64,000 bases of DNA from the human T2T-CHM13v2.0 reference genome, Homo sapiens, in the NCBI RefSeq assembly GCF_009914755.1, contig NC_060938.1; one strand, given 5' to 3'. Positions within the stretch are counted from its first letter, which is position 1; the number at the start of each line of letters is the position of its first letter. The position numbers and the translations under genes are program-made. The notes under the pieces were generated by a model. That model was not told where the DNA came from. It saw only the letters and a list, made by a program, of their open reading frames with translations, and ran no database searches. Shown piece after piece: positions 59,946 to 64,000 of this stretch.

Positions 59946-60845
59946 GTGGGTGTTTTTATTTGGAGGTTGGAGTAAGCTTATTAAGGAATAAGCAGTAAGT
60001 TCTTAGTTTTTTTTTTTTTTTTTTCTGAGCAAAGAACAGAAATGAAACCAAGTCTATACAAGACAAATCCCTTGAACTGAGTTTTAATTAATATGTTTGC
60101 TGGCTTGAAACAACTAAGTTTTAATTACTAATGGAATAACCAAATATATATACTATATATATTTAGAACTTTTCTGCTGCTGTGCCACCTCAGTCTTGTT
60201 CTTCTTTCGGCTCTCACCAGTCCCATGGCCTCAATGTGCCACCCCATGCCCACCTGGGGAGCACCTTCCTGAAGACCTACCACAGGACCTGTGGGTTGAT
60301 AAACTATACTGGCTCTACTGGCTTTGCTTCTAGGGGATCATTGCCATTATACAAATGGAGAAACAAAATCAAGGGAAGTTCTTGCCTAACATGGTTATGC
60401 TCTCTCCTAGTTCTTTTCTCCTAGACTGGGGCTATTTAAAGTGTGGTTCACTGGCCAATCTGAGACAAGAACTGAAATTGAGAATCAGATTTTAGAAACT
60501 TTACTAGCAATTTGACAGAATAATTTTATGTCTGTGGACTTTAATAATCAATAATTCATAGGCTAGGCATGGTGGCTCACTCCTGTAATTCCAGCTATTT
60601 GGGAGGCTGAGAAAGGAGGATTGCTTGAGGCCATGAGTTTGAGACCACCCTGGGCAACATAGTGAGACCCTGCCTCAAGAAAAAGATGAAAAAATATAAT
60701 AATTAATAGTTCGGGCTTTTATTATGTCTTTTAAAATTAATTTCATTTTTATATCAATTTTTTGAGTCCTCTAATCAACAGGAATCAAGTTTTGTTTGTT
60801 TTTTTTTTTTTTTTAGATGGAGTCTCACTCTTGTCGCCCAGTTAG

Positions 60846-61127
<282 letters not shown>

Positions 61128-62501
61128 TGAGATGAATCTGAAAGGATAAACTGAAGTTTTACAATTTTGAGCTAACTATGACATAAAGAAGCTTCAAATG
61201 ATCATGATATATTGAGCTAATATTGCTCACATATTAAATCAGACATACAGTTTGATGCCACGGTGTACCATATAACACCCTTCCTTAATTTTTTTTTTCC
61301 TTTTTGAGATGTGAGCCACCGTGCCTGGACTTCCCCTCTCCAATTTTTATTAAAAATATGTATATAGATAAAGGTCTAGATGGAGATACTGAGTGGTTAT
61401 TTCTTGGTGATGAGATTATGGGAAATATTTTTATTTTGTTTTTACGTTTTAATATTTAAGATTTTACACATATATTTTACAACAGTAGTTTTATAATTGG
61501 ACAAAATTATTTTTGTTAAGGACTGGCTAAAATCAAAGTTGCTGGTTTAAGTGTAACTTGGTACAACCTTTTAAAAATCATTTGGCAGTTTGTATTAGTA
61601 ACTGTGAAAGTGTTGATAGTCTTTTTCACCTAGTAATTTCACTTTTGGGTATCTTTAAAAATCTACATTCATGAAGATGTTCTATGATTTCTTTATAATG
61701 GCAAAAAGTGAATGAAGGAAACAAGTTATGTCCAAAAATAGAGAATTACTGCAGTAAATTTTATGTCCACTTAATGTAATTTTATGCAGCTGTTAAACTG
61801 GTTATGAAGCTTATGTGGAAATATGAGGAATGCTTATAAAAGTGAAAAGAGGATGCAAAATCGCGTACAACTACTATTACAGTGTAGTAAAATATATGTG
61901 ATGGGGCAAAAGGTCTAGAAGAAAATACATTGTCCTCATGTTTTTCAATGTGGTTAATATTATTTTCACAATGAAAACAATAATAAGCTTAAAGATTGGG
62001 AATCAAAAGTTCCTCACTGGCCCTCTGATTTGAATATAAAGTGTTAAAAATTTATATCCATCATTAACCAGCCCTTAAGCTTCTACAGACTTTAACAGTT
62101 TCGTGTCAGCCTCAACGTTTATCTACTTTCTGACCGGTATCCCTGCCATGATTTTCATAGGAAAGAGAGTCAGAAGGGACCTTTCCAATTTTGTCATTTT
62201 ACAAATTGAAACTCTGAACCCCAGCCTTCCAAGCTAGCAGCAGAACCAGTATGAGGATCCAGGTCTACTAGGTTATCTAATAGTATCTGAGACCATTTAC
62301 AGCTTCAGGTCCACCCACGAATATTCATAAACTTGACATGTCTGCTGATTGAACCCTGGCGTCACTACCCTTCTTGGCTGGCCTGGGAGGTTTGATTCCT
62401 TTCCCTACAGTCGTGCTCAAACTTTCATTCTCTACCACTTGGGGGCCGCAGACGCGTCATCCAGGTCTCCCTTTTCACTTCCCCCTTCCCGCCCCCAGTG
62501 T

Positions 62502-62515
62502 CCGGCAGGGGGCGC
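62502..62515 (+). promoter_or_regulatory. CTCF-like motif
   Basis: CCGGCAGGGGGCGC resembles the CTCF core CC(A/G)(C/G)(C/T)AG(A/G)GGGCGC. Confidence 0.45.
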
Positions 62516-62629
62516 CGTGAAACTCTGGATCCGTGGCCCCTCCCCCGGCCAACCGTCGATTGGGCCGGCGCGTGACGTCACTCCGTTTTAGCCAAACAAA
62601 TGGGTTTCGGGGCGAGCGTTGGGCGCCGC

Positions 62630-62761
62630 CGCGCCGCGCTGGGTGCTCGGTCCGACTCAGCGGTGGGGAGTGAGCCAGGCCTCCCGCCACCGCTGCTGCC
62701 GCCACCACTGCGTCGGGCTGGTGCAGCCCCGGGCCAGGCCGCGGCCGGGGCAGGAGCGCAG
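62630..62761 (+). other. FBXO34: Probable non-coding first exon (start approximate)
   Basis: Lies ~50 bp downstream of the CCAAT/CRE module and ends at donor CAG|GTGGGT (62761/62762). No ATG in the interval. Confidence 0.5.
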
Positions 62762-64000
62762 GTGGGTCCGGGCCGAGGTGGGGCGTGGCGCGAGGGCCGC
62801 GCGACTGGGGTCCGGCGGCGGCCACCGTGGCCGCTCCCCGCCCCCTACCGCCGCCTGCCTGCGCTCCCGGGGCGCGGGGCGGGTGGGGGTGGGGGCGGGG
62901 GCGCCGCCCGCGGGTCCGGGGTAGGGACCCGGCCGCCTGCGCCTCCTCCGGTGCGGCTCTTTCCGCGCGCACGGCCCGGGCGCTGAGCGTCCCCGCGGGC
63001 CACGGAGGGTCGGGCGGGTAGGGAGCGGGGTCCTGGGTCCCCGCTGAAGCCGAGGAGATTCACGGATAGGCCGTGAGCTTGCACCGGACCGGCGCTCCCA
63101 CTTACGGGACCCAGGGCGGTGAGGAAGTCAGCCTCTGGACTGGGGTCGCCTCGCCCCTGTCGCGCCCTCCCGGGCTCGGCCACTCTGCCCTTCCCTGCCC
63201 CAGCGCAGGTGAGCTGGCGCTTGTCCTTAACCTTCTTCAACGACGAGGCGGGACGGAGGCTCGGACGCCTCCCCAGCCTCTGGGCTGGCGCAAGTCGACT
63301 GCGGTTCGTCCTCAGTCCACGATGAAGTCATAGGGCTGTGGGTCCGTGTGTCTGTGACGTCAGAAGATGGGTCCTGGGATGTCACTGCAGGCCCGGGCGG
63401 GGACCTGGGCTCACGGAAGGGCCGGGGGGACCCGCAGGGTAGAAAAAGGAAGTTGTCTTCCACGAACGCTTGGAATCGCAGTGGATTTGAATCGAAAGTT
63501 GTTCGGTATCAGCATTTTGCAATTTTAATGTAATAGTTGTCAATTTCTTTAACTTCTTGTCCAGCAAGCGTTGCGAGTACAGCTCAGTATAAGACATTTG
63601 ATTTAGAAAAACTTAAGTCAGGGTAGGAGGTTTTTTGGAGGGTGTAATGTAAAAAGCCTTTTAGGAAGCTAAATTCGTAGTTTGATAGTTTGCAATCAGA
63701 ATTACTGAAAAAAAAGAGAACCACTTCTAGTGTTGATAAATCAGTTTGCTTTTTTTTTTTTTTTTTAACTGGACATCTATCTGCTTGTTAGCATTTTTTG
63801 TTAGAAAATGGCCAGGAGGAGGGAGAGTGGATCTTACATGATTTTTTTTTTCTGTTGTAAAGGGAGGGAGGAGTTTGAATTAATCCAACATTTGTCTTAA
63901 ATAATAATTACCTGAGGAGTTAATTTATCCAGGTTGTCCCTATCCCACCCTATGGTACCATGCTACCACCCCATGCTACCATGGTTTAGAAGTCAGCAAC

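Larger units (their letters stand above)
62440..63500 (+). promoter_or_regulatory. FBXO34: CpG-island promoter, probably FBXO34
   Basis: Very high GC and CpG content. GC box (62488-62495), reverse CCAAT (62559-62563), full CREs TGACGTCA (62573-62580 and 63355-63362). Gene identity is inferred from recalled synteny only; the confidence value refers to that assignment. Confidence 0.6.

Noticed and set aside
62349-63597. Overlapping Gly/Ala/Pro/Arg-rich ORFs
   Set aside because: Expected stop-codon scarcity in a CpG island; no recognisable protein.

Overview
Primate, almost certainly human, intergenic DNA. It is very Alu-rich and ends in a CpG-island promoter with a non-coding first exon (~62.4-63.5 kb). 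No spliced protein-coding exons were found. Three retrocopies are present. (1) An intact-ORF UBE2L3 (UbcH7) retrocopy at 20448-20912 carrying R23C and E118K, which matches my recollection of UBE2L1/L-UBC. (2) A disabled COX5A processed pseudogene (31674-32389, minus strand) with a perfect 13-bp TSD. (3) The main hidden feature: a very old, nearly full-length cTAGE5/MIA2-type processed pseudogene (~41950-46330, plus strand), broken up by Alu and L1 insertions and visible only by stitching reading frames together. From memory, UBE2L1 and COX5AP2 lie on 14q22.3 between DLGAP5 and FBXO34, so the promoter is probably FBXO34; this is not verifiable here. Other content: a full-length Hsmar2 fossil; MER6, MER53, MER3, MER20 and MER63 DNA elements; solo LTRs (MER61-like, MER4A, MER50, MER57, MST, MLT2); and L1 fragments. 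Notable micro-evolutionary scars are an 83-bp gene-conversion tract between inverted Alus, a GAA array that amplified an Alu TSD, a ~132-bp tandem duplication and an AT-rich VNTR ending in a perfect palindrome. Repeat family names and parent-protein comparisons are from memory of consensus sequences, not database searches. Most repeat boundaries are approximate.
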